Of a DNA stretch of 64,000 nucleotides, positions 1 through 12,902 are shown in pieces. A program made the position numbers and the translations under genes. The stretch is from Octopus sinensis (taxonomy: Eukaryota), in NCBI RefSeq assembly GCF_006345805.1, contig NC_043004.1:90024001-90088000 (forward strand). Direction: 5' to 3'. Within the stretch, counting starts at the first letter, position 1, and every line of letters begins with the position of its first letter. The notes below the pieces were generated by a model that made no database searches, was not told where the DNA came from, and saw nothing but the letters and a program-made list of their open reading frames with translations.

Positions 1-219
1 ATATTTTTTTTCCATTTTAATGCATTTTTTTCGCTATTATATAAGGGAAGTAACTCTCTAAAAATGTCTACGATGAGTCAACGATTTAAAAAAAAATTTA
101 CCATAATTTTTTTTCCATTTTTAATGCATTTTTTTGCTATTTTTTGGCTATAACTCTCTAAAAATGCTTATATAGTTATTTCCCTTACAAACCCGAGCAA
201 CGCCGGGCGATACTGCTAG
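1..219 (+). mobile_element. 3' end of a non-autonomous Helitron
   Basis: Subterminal hairpin CCCG-agcaacgc-CGGG followed by CTAG|T (216-219); internal ~105-bp degenerate tandem repeat. Confidence 0.7.
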
Positions 220-586
220 TTGTAACTACAACAGTTCACAGTCTGCTTTAAAATAGTTGCTTTTTATATTTAGATAGCCAGCCTGTATTAACATATATGA
301 TTGATCAGATCAACATGTACAATGATGATTATGAGATGATAAGTATAATATACATATATATATAATGCAAAACTACTTTTTTACTTTTTAAAGGAAGGTG
401 GCTTATACTCTGTGCATTCAATTGAATATACATTTAATATGAATTTCATTGACTCTGAAAAAGTAAAAGGCTTGAATATAAGATATATAAGAATATATGA
501 GTTGAATATAAGATTTCAAGGCAATGATCCATCCCAACTGTAGGGTTGTGATAATGAAACCCAAATATTAGTGAAGGAACCATAAA

Positions 587-621
<35 letters not shown>

Positions 622-699
622 ATACAAAGTATGCGAATACATATGTACGTGTGTGTGTGTGTGTGTGTGCACGTATGTGTATGTACACACACACAAAAT

Positions 700-1340
700 T
701 TCATACAGTATACCCAGTGCAAGCTGTGAACACATACAACACAAGAGATGCAGTAGAATTACAAGAAGGTTAACAGAGAAAGTAGCCTTTGTGTGTGGCA
801 GATGCGCAGGAACAATAAACACTAAGAATACACAGGAAATAGATTTCCTCAAGTACCAAGGGTTATCCTTAGAGGTGGTAGACAGATTCCATTACTTAAG
901 TGAACAAACTAGCAGTGAAAGAGGATGCTCTGAAGGTGCAGTTGCTAGAATTACAACCATCTGGACAAGGTTCGGAGAGCTATTTTCTTTGTTGGTAAAA
1001 AAGGGTTTTTCCCTCAGAGTGAAAAGCAGACTGTATGGTGTTTGTGTACAAACAACTTGTTACATGATAGTGAAATGTAGGCTGTGAATACAGACAACAT
1101 GCAAAGGTTTGAAAGAAATCAAGCCAGCATGTTCTGTCGGATGTCCACTGTCAGTGTGCATATATAACAAAGTGTAAATGTTTTAAGACAAAAACTAGGT
1201 ATAAAGAAGCATCGGATGTAGTGTGCAAGAGAGAAGACTATGCTGATATGGTTATGTGATGTGTATGGATGTAGAGAGCCACATAAAAAGTGCTGATCTC
1301 TAAATGTAGGGAGAATATGTGGAAGAGGAAGACCCATCTC
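700..1340 (+). mobile_element. RTE-clade LINE ORF2 fragment (decayed)
   Basis: HKRCS..VCGRCAG..LEVVDRFHYL..GFSLRVKSRLYGVCV; homologous to 24700-25450. Confidence 0.8.
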
Positions 1341-2036
1341 CCACTCTCCTACTCACCCTATCCAGTCCTTGATTCCACTTCTTGTATATGCACTTCCCTG
1401 TAATTTGAGTGTACACCTGTCACATCTTCACCATTTCTCTCTCTTTCCTCTCTTCTCTCTCCCTCTCTTTCCAGCTGAGGTAGTCATGTAACTCCTCAAC
1501 TGCAAGACACCTATTTCTGTCCCTCTATTCATATTCTAACCTCTCATCATCTGGCACAAGACAGGAGTGGAAGAAAAGTTTTATAAGTCCAACAGCTGTT
1601 TCTGGGGGCTTAGTGATCCATAATAAGGTTCACCCCTTTAATTTTCTCTGTCGTTTGTATTCTGTGTAAGTTGGCTCTATTAATATGAATATTTATATAT
1701 TCATATTTAAAAATTCATCATCTGAAAGTTTCCACCTTTTGCTTTCTCTCATTTTGCTTGTATACATATAAACATATTTTGTATTTCACACACAAACTAA
1801 TATATTTAACATATTTAATATATTCAATATATTTAATGTATCAAATTTGTTTATCAGAATAATTGCCTCTATACCCGCTCAACTTGATCCCTCTTATAGC
1901 CTTTCTTTACATTGTAGAAGGATCACCTGTAAAGACAACAGAGTCTAAGTTTAAATCTTTTGAGCACTACTAAGTGTCTTCGACACAGAGAATCTCTGGA
2001 TCTCATCTGTGAACTGTATGTGTGTGTGTGCGTGTA

Positions 2037-3267
2037 CAGAGTGTGTAAGATATTTGAGGACACATTTATGTTTATAAAAAAAAAAACAGATACATAATAA
2101 CAGATTATAAAAATTTATTTATCAAAAAATGTTATGAGGATAAAAATAAACCTTCTTTTCTATAATGTTATTCATTCAGCTTCAGCAACTGCTTCTATAT
2201 GAGATCTAAATCATCTACATGCTTGAATCAAGTGGTCCTGGTTCATTTAGGACATTATTCTGACAACAGAAACTTTCAAAGAACCTTTGGTGTTATGGGT
2301 GTGTTCATTGACCTCTCTTTCAACAATGTTCCACTTGTAATAGTCCAATGGATTGAGATCTGGGGAATTAGGAGGCCAAATGTTAGGGGTTATGTGATCA
2401 TGAAAATTTCCAGCTATCCATTCTTGTGTTACTAGAGCCATGTGTGATGGTGCAGAGTCTTACTAAGGCACACATGGTCTTCCATTGCATACACTGTCTA
2501 TCCAGGGCTTAACAATTATTTCCAGAACCTCAATGCAGGTGACAGAGTTAACTCTAAGGCCTTGTGGAAAGAAGTAGCATCATATGTCTTTCATTGCAGA
2601 CAACCCCTAAAATCATGACAGTTGCAGGAAATTTTGTATGCATAACACTTGGAACTTCAGAAGGGTCTACCATATGTCATTTCTTCTGTTAACCTTTTGA
2701 TCTTGGTCGAAGTTTTTCTTGTTTGAGAAAAACCAAATCAAATCTTCTTCTGCTGGATTTTTCAGTTTGTTTAAGAGTCTTTTAGATCTGATGTAGTGAT
2801 TTTCTTTTGCTTTTTCTGACAAATTGACCTTTCCTCATCATATAAGGCATATCTGATGTCTTCATGGACAACATTTCTGACTGTTCCTTCTGACACATGG
2901 AGATCTTTTGCAATTGACTTCATGGACTTTCTGGAATTGTAATCAATGGTCTGTTGAACTTGCAGGATAAATTCAAGTGTTCTGATGATTTCAGACCATT
3001 TAGAATGCTTTTTATGCTTTGATACTGGTGATACGTTTCCATCTTCAGTCTCTAGCTCCTTACAAACTTTGCAGATGAAGATCTGGCAACTTTTAAAAAT
3101 CGGGATATTTCTAAATCGCTAACCACAATAACAGCATGCTTCTTCATTTCTTGAGTAAGCTGAGGGTCTGCCATTAATATTTTCTGGAACACAGGTTATA
3201 CAGAGTAAGCAAAAAAATGCAACAATGACCCAAAAAAGGTATTTCCTCAAATACCTTATGCGTCCTG
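2037..3267 (-). mobile_element. Near full-length decayed Tc1/mariner (maT/DD37D-like) transposon
   Basis: TA|CAGAGTGTGTAAGATATTTGAGGA left end and TCCTCAAATACCTTATGCGTCCTG|TA right end (imperfect TIRs, TA target); transposase motif WPPNSPDLNPLDY on the minus strand. Confidence 0.85.
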
Positions 3268-3341
3268 TATAAGTATGTATGTGTATGTATGTATACATAT
3301 ATGTAGTCTTATTATTACTTTCATCACTTTGTTAAAATTAA

Positions 3342-3740
3342 GAGTGGCTGTGTGTAAGTAGCTTGTTTACCAACCACATGGTTCCGGGTTCAGTCCCACT
3401 GCGTGGCACCTTGGGCAAGTGTCTTCTATTATAGCCTCGGGCCGACCAAAGCCTTGTGAGTGGATTTGGTAGATGGAAACTGAAAGAAGCCCATCGTATA
3501 TATATATGTATATATGTATGTGTGTGTGTTTGTGTGTCTGTGTTTGTCCCCATAGCATTGCTTGACAACCGATGCTGGTGTGTTTATGTCCCCGTTACTA
3601 AGCGGTTCGGCAAAAGAGACCGATAGAATAAGTACTGGGCTTACAAAAGAATAAGTCCCGGGGTCGAGTTGCTCGATTAAAGGCGGTGCTCCAGCATGGC
3701 CGCAGTCAAATGACTGAAACAAGTAAAAGAGTAAAGAGAG
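3342..3740 (+). mobile_element. tRNA-derived SINE family A
   Basis: A/B-box head (TGGCTGTGTGG..GGTTCAGTCC), internal (TA/TG) tract, AAAGAGT tail; near-identical copies recur through the window. Confidence 0.9.
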
Positions 3741-3967
3741 TATACTATATACCTTTGCACACAAACATGTATGTGCAATATGCGTATGCAGGTACAGAAT
3801 GGCATTGCATCCATGTATTCATGCGTGTTTGTGTGTGTTTGCCCACACGTCTATGTATGTGTACATGTACATATGTGCACACTCACATATATATTCTTGT
3901 ATGTTCATGAGCATGTGAATTTGCTTACATGTATGCATATGTATTATACAGCAATGTACGTGTATAC

Positions 3968-4168
3968 CAGTGGTTTTCAACCAGGGTTCCGCCAGTACAG
4001 TCCAGGGGTTCCGCAAGAAGTTACAAAACTGCTAAAATCGGCAGTAATTTTTAATTTTCCTGTGCAGATATGTGTGCATAAGACTATTAAATTATTGCAC
4101 AGGGGTTCCTCAAGCCAGTGGAATGTTTCCTTGGGGTTCCGCTCCAGCAAAAAGTTTGAAAAGCACTG
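3968..4168 (+). mobile_element. hAT-type MITE
   Basis: TIRs CAGTG(G/C)TTTTCAA; perfect 8-bp TSD GTGTATAC (3960-3967 and 4169-4176). Confidence 0.9.
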
Positions 4169-4484
4169 GTGTATACATTCATGCATATATGTGTGCAAAT
4201 GCATATGTATATATTTATGACTGTCTACATATGAATGCCTGTACATGTCTGCTTTTAAATACACATACAAGTGTGTAGAGGCATGATTACTCTACTCCGT
4301 AACCCATCCCCTGCCTATAACATACCAAATCATATCTTTTACAGATACATGTATCTATTACTAGTGTCTACTGTCATGTGCACACCTGTGTGTGCATGTG
4401 TGCATATGAGTGTATACATGTATATATATATATATACACAAGTATATTTATACATGTGCAAGTTTGCATGACTGCATATGCGTA

Positions 4485-4860
4485 CATCATCATCATCATC
4501 ATCGCTTAATGTCCGTTTTCCTTGCTAGCATGGGTTGGACGGTTCAACTGGGATCTGGGAAGCCAGAAGGCTGCACCAGGCCCAGTCTGCCCTTCCTAAC
4601 GCCAACCACTCCGTGAGTGTAGTGGGTGCTTTTTACATGCCACCTGCACAGGTGCCAGACGAGGCTGGCAGACGGCCACGATCAGATGGTGATTTTTACG
4701 TGCCACGGGCACAGGTGCTAGACGAGGCTGGCAACAGCCACAATCGGATGGCGCTTTTTACGTGCCACCGGCACGGGGCCAGTCAGGGCGGTGCTGGCAA
4801 CGGCCACGTTCGGATGGTTCTCTTACGTGCCACCGGCACTGGTATCACAACTACAATTTC
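4485..4860 (-). mobile_element. RTE-related SINE-like repeat (family C, (GAT)n tail)
   Basis: Homologous to 6255-6550 (+), 30880-31145 (+), 32700-32880 (-) and 58570-58690 (-); shared GGAAGGGCATCCAGCTGTAGAAA core. Confidence 0.75.
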
Positions 4861-5714
4861 CATTGATGTTGATCGATATATATATGTGTGTGTGTGTGTG
4901 TGTGTATACATGTACATGTAAGTGTATATGTACATGTGAGTATGAAGATTTAACAAGGAGAAAGAAAAAGAAAAGAAGGACTGGTTTTATTTTATTTTCA
5001 TTCTTTATCTTATGTTTATATCTATTTTACTCTACACTTATTATTTTCTTTAGTCAACTTACCATGTATACATGTATATATAAATGTGTAGGAGCTTGTT
5101 TATTTAAGTACATGTATGCATGTGTGTATGTATATATGCATGTACATATGTATAAGCATGAATTTATGTACGCATGTATATATATGTATGTGTAAGTACA
5201 TGTGTATGTATACTGTATATGAGTGTATAATGTATATGTATATGTGTGTTTGTATATATGTGTATGCATGCATGTGTGTACATGTATACATGTATCCACA
5301 TGTGTATGCATGCACATCTATGCGACTAATTCATATACACTTATATATTTTGTATATGCAAATTTTGTGAGATTTTTTTGGTATGTGTATGTATGTGTAT
5401 GTATATGTGAGTGTGTGTGATGACACACACAAGATTTTTTCTTCTTTTTATTTCTTTACTTATTTATATATCTATGAATTTGCTTATTAAACAACATAAC
5501 AGGCAAACTATTTGAATTATCCATGTGACATTATTACGATTCGTTCTAGAACAATCCAAAGGGAAATTTATCAACAGCTATATAAATTTACAGGCCCTCA
5601 ACCTGTGATTGGTCTGATAAGTGCCAACACAACGAAACTCTTGGAACTTGAGTCACTCTTTTACTTCTGCTAAATATTAATAAAAATATACATATTAATA
5701 AAAACATATATATA

Positions 5715-6112
5715 GGCGCAGGAGTGGCTGTGTGGTAAGTAGCTTGTTTACCAACCACATGGTTCCGGGTTCAGTCCCACTGCGTGGCACCTTGGGCAAG
5801 TGTCTTCTACTATAGCCTCGGGCCGACCAAAGCCTTGTGAGTGGATTTGGTAGATGGAAACTGAAAGAACCCATCGTATATATATATATGTATGTGTGTG
5901 TGTTCGTGTGTCTGTGTTTGTCCCCCTAGCATTGCTTGATAACCGATGCTGGTGTGTTTATGTCCCCGTCACTTAGCGGTTCAGCAAAACAGACTGATAG
6001 AATAAGTACTGGGCTTACAAAGAATAAGTCCCGGGGTCGAGTTGCTCGATTAAAGGCGGTGCTCCAGCATGGCCGCAGTCAAATGACTGAAACAAGTAAA
6101 AGAGTAAAAGAG
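5715..6112 (+). mobile_element. SINE family A, full length
   Basis: GGCGCAGGAGTGGCTGTGTGG head through AAAAGAG tail. Confidence 0.9.
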
Positions 6113-6254
6113 GGTATATATTCATATTTTGAGAGTTCTATTTTTCCTGTTTGCATCAACCTATACACACACACAGATGGATACATATATACACATACAC
6201 CAAAGACTTGAGAGTGGATTTAGTAGACAGAAATTGAAAGAAACCTTTTCTATA

Positions 6255-6550
6255 TATATGGCACGTAAAAAGCTCCATCCGAATCGTGGCCAATGCCAGC
6301 GCCACCCTGACTGGCTTCTGTGCCTGTGGCACGTAAATTGCACCAATCCGATCGTGGCCGTTGCCAGTCTTGCTTGGCACCTGTGCCGGTGGCATGTAAA
6401 AAGCACCCACTGGCATTAGGAAGGGCATCCAGCTGTAGAAAAACTGCCAGATCAGACTGGAGCTGGTGCAGCCTTCTGGCATCCCAGATCCCCAGTCGAA
6501 CCGTCTAACCCATGCTAGCATGGAGAACAGACGTTAAACGATGATGATGA
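6255..6550 (+). mobile_element. SINE-like repeat family C
   Basis: Reverse complement of 4485-4860; ends in GATGATGATG. Confidence 0.75.
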
Positions 6551-7138
6551 TGTATATCATATACATTTGTGCATGTGTGTGTGTGTGCGTGTGTGCATGT
6601 ATGTGTATTATTGTCTCTTTGCTTTGGCATCAGGCGATAGTTGTAAACAAGTATCACCATCCTGCAAGCGGTGCCCTTTGTTTCCAATCTTCTGTGAAAA
6701 CATATCCAATTGATATTACATTACATAGGAACAGGTGAAGGTTAGAAAAAGGAAGAGCATCCAGCCACAGAAAATCTGCCTCATCAAATTCCATCCAACC
6801 ATTGCAAGATTTGACATTAAAATGATAGATGATGATAACGATCATGATACTCCCATACCTACACACCCATATTATTATCATTATTATATTTTTGTCCTAC
6901 CTGTGTCAGCATGGAAGGTGGACGTTAAACAATGATGATGACAATATATTATATATACTATGTATACTATGCGTGTGTGAGTGTTTGAATTAATATATAT
7001 ATTTTTAAAAAAAATTTTTTTTAATTTTCCATACACCCATTTTCATTAGAATTTACCTCCAATTCTGCCTTTTTGTAATTTTTCCTTGCCTATCATTTTT
7101 CACGTGTGGTCAACACAACCCCACCATTTATTGATTTA

Positions 7139-7205
<67 letters not shown>

Positions 7206-8199
7206 ATATATATATATACACACATAGATATAGATATATACATATATATTATATATATATATATTCATATATTAAATATATACATACATATATATATTTA
7301 TTAACCATAAAAGAAGGTAAAAGATATATATACACTACACACACACACATAATATATATATATATAAATAGAGAGAGAGAGAGAGAGAGAATGTACATGT
7401 ATATATATGAATAACATACACATACACACTACAAAGATATATAAAATACAAAATACATGTCTACATAAATATACACATATATTCATCTATATACATGTAT
7501 ATGCTTATACACACATGCATGTGTGTGTATAATGATAAATAGACTAAGCTTTGAAAGTAGATGACATAAGACATTATAGCCATGAACATACCCTAAGTTA
7601 GTAACTATATATTTTATATTGTGTTCTTATGTTTTATATTTTTCTTTTGCAGATATGCGTTGGTTAAGTAAAACTTCAGTTGGTATACATAAAAGCTTCA
7701 AGTTGACACAAAACGCAGACTATGAATAGCTGTATTTATATGTGTGGGTGTATTCAATATGGCTAAGCCTTAGATTTAGGCCAGTGAAGTGGGGTGGTAA
7801 ATGTAGGTCAATCTGCGTGGCTATGGTATTGCCATTTGTCATTCGGTATGCATGTAAAGGGGGATGGTCCAAATAATTGTTGCAAATAGTAAACAAGAAA
7901 TTCACGATCAGTAATAAGAGTTGAGGAGAAAGCATCAGTAGAAATTCAACAAGTTGCAACAATGGCAAGATAAGTCTGTGGCAGCGGTTCTTGGCTAACT
8001 GGTATATCTTAACCAGAACGTCAAAGTTCCTAGAGTTATGATTAAATAGATATAGAGTCATATCCACACATAGATTTAGTTTTGCCGTGAAGCTCGGCCC
8101 ATGAGCTACATTTCAGCAGCTTGTGATTAGAATCAAAGCAACAAGGGTTATTGTTATTTCATAGTTCACAAGTATTTATTCACTTCTTTACGAAATAAT

Positions 8200-8820
8200 A
8201 GTTGGTATGTCAGGGAACTGGCCTACACTGTGGCTGCAGGAAAATGGATGCAGGCTTAATTCATCAACTGCTGCTCCACAAAAGCATTTGTACAGCTCAC
8301 ACAACATAACTGTCATCCCAGTTACGTTGGACATCTGTAATGTGAGAGAGAGCCAAGCCTTCAGCAATCCAGCTGGCTAGAGCTGACTGCAGTTCCAGGG
8401 CTACATCAGGTTCAGCCATCGTGTGGAGTACCTCATCGACGAAGGTGTGGCTAGAGGAGATTGAAGAAAGAAAGGCTGTCATAGCCAGGTCCAATATAGA
8501 ACACAGGCCATGGCCATCGAATTTAACAAGTAGTTTAGCCTGTTGCCAGCTGGAATTGACATCGCAGATCAGTTCAGCGCAGCACCAGATGGTGTTATCA
8601 AAATCACTGAGGCAGTCTCTGAGAGGGTGACATGGTGCATTGTGGAGCAAGAAAAGGAGCTTAGGCAAAGCAAGGCAATTCTTCAAGAGGAAGAGTGCTG
8701 GGTGTGCATCAATGAGGTGCAATCTCTCAGTCATCCTGGACAAGCCCATAAGATTTGGTCTCTAGGTATTCTGTTATGGTTTTGGGAGGATCAGGGAGCC
8801 AAGAATACAAACAGCATCCC
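8200..8820 (-). mobile_element. CRE-clade non-LTR retrotransposon remnant
   Basis: ALFLLKNCLALPKLLFLL..DFDNTI..WQQAKLLVKFDGHGL..LAMTAFLSS, followed by a CFCGAAVDELSLHPFSC zinc-knuckle-like motif typical of CRE elements. Confidence 0.65.
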
Positions 8821-8829
8821 TTAGTGTCA

Positions 8830-9170
8830 ACTATGCTCTTCCAAGACTTTACCTTTCAACCTTTTGGGGTCAATAAAATAAGTATTAGTCAAGTACTGGG
8901 GTTGATATAATCAACATGTCTCCTTCCCTCAAAAGCTGCGGGCTTTGTGCCATTAGCTGAAACCATTAGCTGGCAGAATCGTTAGCATGCTGGACAATTT
9001 AGCGCATCATTACATTCTGAGTTCAAATTCTGCTGAGGTCTACTTTGCCTTTCATCCTTTTTGGGGTTGAAAGAAATGAATATCAATTGAACACTGGGGT
9101 TGAAATAATTGACTAGTCCCCATTCTACAAAATTTCAGGCCTTGTGCCTATAGTAGAAAGAATTATTATA
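8830..9170. mobile_element. SINE family B fragments
   Basis: GAGTTCAAATTC..CTTTCATCCTTT..GGGGTCGAT core shared with 28142-28358 and 40025-40608. Confidence 0.7.
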
Positions 9171-9202
9171 ATTATTATAATAAATTATATTTGATAAAAA
9201 TA

Positions 9203-9609
9203 TGCAGGAGTGGCTGTGTGGTAAGTAGCTTGCTAACCAACCACATGGTTCCGGGTTCAGTCCCACTGCATGGCATCTTGGGCAAGTGTCTTCTGCTATA
9301 GCCTCGGGCCAACCAATGCCTTGTGAGTGGATTTGGTAGATGGAAACTGAAAGAAGCCTGTCGTATATATATGTACATATATATGTATGTGTGTGTGTGT
9401 TTGTGTGTCTGTGTTTGTCCCCCTAGCATTGCTTGACAACTGATGCTGGTGTGTTTACGTCTCCGTCACTTAGCGGTTCGGCAAAAGAGACCGATAGAAT
9501 AAGTACTGGGCTTACAAAAGAATAAGTCCCGGAGTCGATTCGCTCAACTAAAGGCGGTGCTCCAGCATGGCTGCAGTCAAATGACTGAAACAAGTAAAAG
9601 AGTAAAGAG
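9203..9609 (+). mobile_element. SINE family A with 24-bp TSD
   Basis: TAAATTATATTTGATAAAAATATG present at 9181-9204 and 9610-9633. Confidence 0.9.
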
Positions 9610-10374
9610 TAAATTATATTTGATAAAAATATGTAATTATAAAAAAAAATGAAGATTAAAAGATCAAAATTATTGCATGAAACAAAAACCATCCTAAGAA
9701 CCACAGCAATAGGTATTACATCCCTGTAACAGACTGCTCCCCAGTGACCTAGTGTGAATAAGTGGAAAAAAAATAATAAAAACTGAGTTTTACATTACAG
9801 AAATGAATACTTGTCACAAACTTAATATATAGAGAGAAGGAGAGAGTAAATGTTGATACACTTGAATTTTAACAGCAAATACGTGATTGGCTGTGTGACA
9901 TTTTGGTGTGTGTGGGTGTGTATATGTTTGTATGTGCATGCGTGTATGATCGTATTGTGCTTCATTCTTATCTATAACAGTTTTTTATGGAGTTAGAGAA
10001 AAAAAGAAAATGAAATAGAAAATAAAAAAGTATAAACGCAAACATAATATATGCAGGTATATATGTTCAAATATATAAATATGTTGCGTGTGTGTGTGTG
10101 TGCGCGTGTGTGTGTGTGTGTGTGTAGACAACAGTACTTGAAAACACCCATGATTAGGATACCACCAGACGGCAGGCGTAAAAGGGGTAGCCCAAAGAAC
10201 ACTTGGCAATGGTCATTTCAAAATGACCTAAAGATAGCCAACATTACATGGAACGGAGTAGCAATCGACTGAACTAGTCAAGTAAACTTAGAGCCCAATG
10301 TACTAAGCAGCATAGATGTCTTGCAAACAACTTGCACATGCAAGTGCTACCAGTCAAAAGCTCCGTATACCGGA

Positions 10375-10685
10375 AGCCAGCAAGTGTATGGGGTCATCAG
10401 GAGAGAATGCGCGCCGTTTCGGGGCCTACCTCTCGACGGCATCAATGCGCACCGGCTCCCCTCACTGATATGAGACCCCGCTTGCTAGATCAGCTGGTTA
10501 TCAAATAAAGCTCAATATCTTTCTAGCCATCGCTCATCATCTCTTTTTAACCAAATCCAGTGGCTAGCCTTCTCCACTGTAGATTGGATATCAGTCATGG
10601 TGGTATTGACCTTACGATGAGTTAGGCCTAGCGATAACAACAGTCATCTCACACTGTGTCCAACAAACCCTCTACATCCAATTTC
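10375..10685 (-). mobile_element. 3' part of a Hero/NeSL-like (restriction-like endonuclease) retrotransposon
   Basis: GCRGFVGHSVR*LLLSLGL..VEKASHWIWLKR continues the RLE fragment at 12568-12750; followed by a GC-richer 3' UTR. Confidence 0.8.
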
Positions 10686-12567
10686 TTTATTAGCCACATG
10701 GGCCCAAACATAGAGGGGGACAATACAGCCTGATTGGGGTCAGACACACAATGATTATATGACTTTTAAAATTTTACAAAATATAATGAAATCGAATGAA
10801 ATCGAATGAGATACAACAAGGACGAAATACAGACATGAGATGAAGCAGAGAGATGGCTTACGCTCCGACCCCACGAGCCCCATTCTCCTACTGAAACTTT
10901 TGTATGCAGACTTATGACATGTTCATGAGGAATCTTTCATTCCCAGCACCCTCGCAACATGCAACCATCTTTCTTTGAACATTTTCTTTGACAGGCATCT
11001 TCTTTTCAGCCTCACCTTCCTTTTAAGGTGGAAGATAAAATATCTCACCAATCCAAGACCGGAGATGAGGTTGCCTGTCGCCAAACCTTTCATTCACGAC
11101 TTCCATACCACCTCTTTCACTATTGCTACTACTGCGAGAAAACATCGCTTACCTTCTTTTGTGAGGAAATCCGGCGGATCAATTTTTACGATTGACTCAG
11201 ACGACAGCTGTACTCTTCCTGAACCTGACAGCAGATGTTCTGCATAAACCCACACTTCAGACACTCCTGGACACTGAACAATAGCATGCAGGACAGTTTC
11301 CCTATCCCGTCTGCATCTTGGACAGTCGGCAGTGGTGGTTTGACAGTGTCGTGCGAGCTTATCCCGAACGGGTAAGGCTCCTCGGTAACATTGCCAGGCC
11401 AGGGATTTTTGGAAATTATCCAAACACTCCAGCCCGAACGTCCTTCGGAACAGACTGTCTAACTGGTTATCTCTGAGACCTAGGGTTTCCTCTAGGGTAT
11501 CGTCGTTCCCAGCCTCTACCAACCTGCTATAGAAAAATGTGGTGGTACCAAAACCACTAGCATTACCCGAGTGATGGAACTGTAGGAGTGCTTTACGGCA
11601 CTCCGTAAACCATGTACCAAACCTCGTTCTATGAAGAAACCAGCTTTCTTGTCCACTAAAACTAGTGAACCTGGGAAACATCCGTTTTGCGAACAGAGAC
11701 CACACCTGTTCACCATTCAGGAGTAGCCAGAGATGCCTCAACCTCAGCGCATGTTTGCGCATCAACAGCCAAGGCATCCCCAGTCCTCCATTCAACGGCT
11801 TTTGGCAGCAGATAGAACGCCTCACGAGAGGAGTGGTGCCCTTCCACAAAAAGCGGAAGATCTGCCTCTCCAGCTTGCTCAACCACGAACCGGGACAGGG
11901 CACGACGGTTAGGCGGTAAATGATGACCGATGCGATAAACACATTGGCCACCTCCGCCCTCCCTTTCAAGGATAGCCACCGCCAAGACCAGGTCTTGACT
12001 ATGCAGGTCACCTTGCTCAATACCTCTGCCCAGTTCTTTTCTACCTGGAGGTCTGGTCCAAACCATACCCCTAGCAGCTTAACCGGGCCCTCCGTCCAAC
12101 GTCCCACAACGCTATCCAAAGGCATCGACTTGCCCCTCCAGGTGCCGAGTTGCAAGCCGACTGACTTTTCCCGGTTAATCTTTGCTCCTGCCACCGTCTC
12201 GTAAACTTTAATAGTTTCACTTACCCTCTGTAGGTGTTCCATCTTGGTTACAATAATGGTGATGTCATCCGCATATGCTGAAACCGACTCTCCAACAGCC
12301 GGCCCCCTCGAGATGCCGCTCAACTTTCGCAGTAACGGCTCTAGGGCCATCACATACAAAAGTGGCGAGAGCAGACATCCTTGGCAAACCAAGCGCTTAA
12401 TAGAGAACAGCCTAGAAAGAAAGCCGTTCACCCAAATGATCGAATCAATGTTATCGTATAATTGGATTATCCACCTAAGGAAGCCAAGACCCAGCCCGAA
12501 CTGTGCTAGCACGGACACCAGGTATCGATGGTCAACCCTATCGAATGCTTTTGACTGGTCTAAATGG
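10686..12567 (-). mobile_element. 5'-truncated L1-Tx1 LINE (RT to C-terminus plus 3' UTR)
   Basis: LDQSKAFDRVDH, QGCLLSPLLY, SAYADD, KLLGVWFG and CPRCRRDRETVLHAIVQC motifs. Open for 491 codons to a single CGA>TGA-type stop at 11094-11096; the frame continues to 10923. AATAAA at 10686-10691; 23-bp TSD. Confidence 0.92.
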
Positions 12568-12747
12568 ACAAACCCTCTACATCCGATTTCGATTGGAAAA
12601 TGTTCCGCTTTCCAGCCTGCGTCTTCACATTCCTCGAGGAGGTTTACATAACGGTTCAATTTTCGAGCCTGAGCGGCGTCCATATTATCTTCATGAGGAA
12701 CCGTTAGCTCGACTATATTTACAACTTTCTTTCTTTCACACCACAGC

Positions 12748-12750
<3 letters not shown>
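12568..12750 (-). mobile_element. 5' part of the Hero/NeSL-like RLE fragment
   Basis: MLWCERKKVVNIVELTVPHEDNMDAAQARKLNRY..GWKAEHFPIEIGCRGFV matches the ELTVP..K..Y..EVGCRGFV restriction-like endonuclease signature. Confidence 0.8.
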
Positions 12751-12778
<28 letters not shown>

Positions 12779-12902
12779 GATATATGTATATATCATCATC
12801 ACCATTAACGTCATTTAATGTCCTTGTTCCATGCTGGCACATCATCATCATCATTATTTTTATATGTGGGTATTTATATGTATGTGTGTTTTTATATATA
12901 TA

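Noticed and set aside
10385-10470. Hammerhead in the Hero 3' UTR (GAAA..CTGATGA on the minus strand)
   Set aside because: The strands flanking the core cannot form stem II in any topology.
11094-12854. 586-aa host or functional novel protein
   Set aside because: The N-terminus is microsatellite-derived. The rest is a Hero fragment plus a 5'-truncated Tx1 RT joined at a TSD; there is no promoter or complete RT N-terminus.
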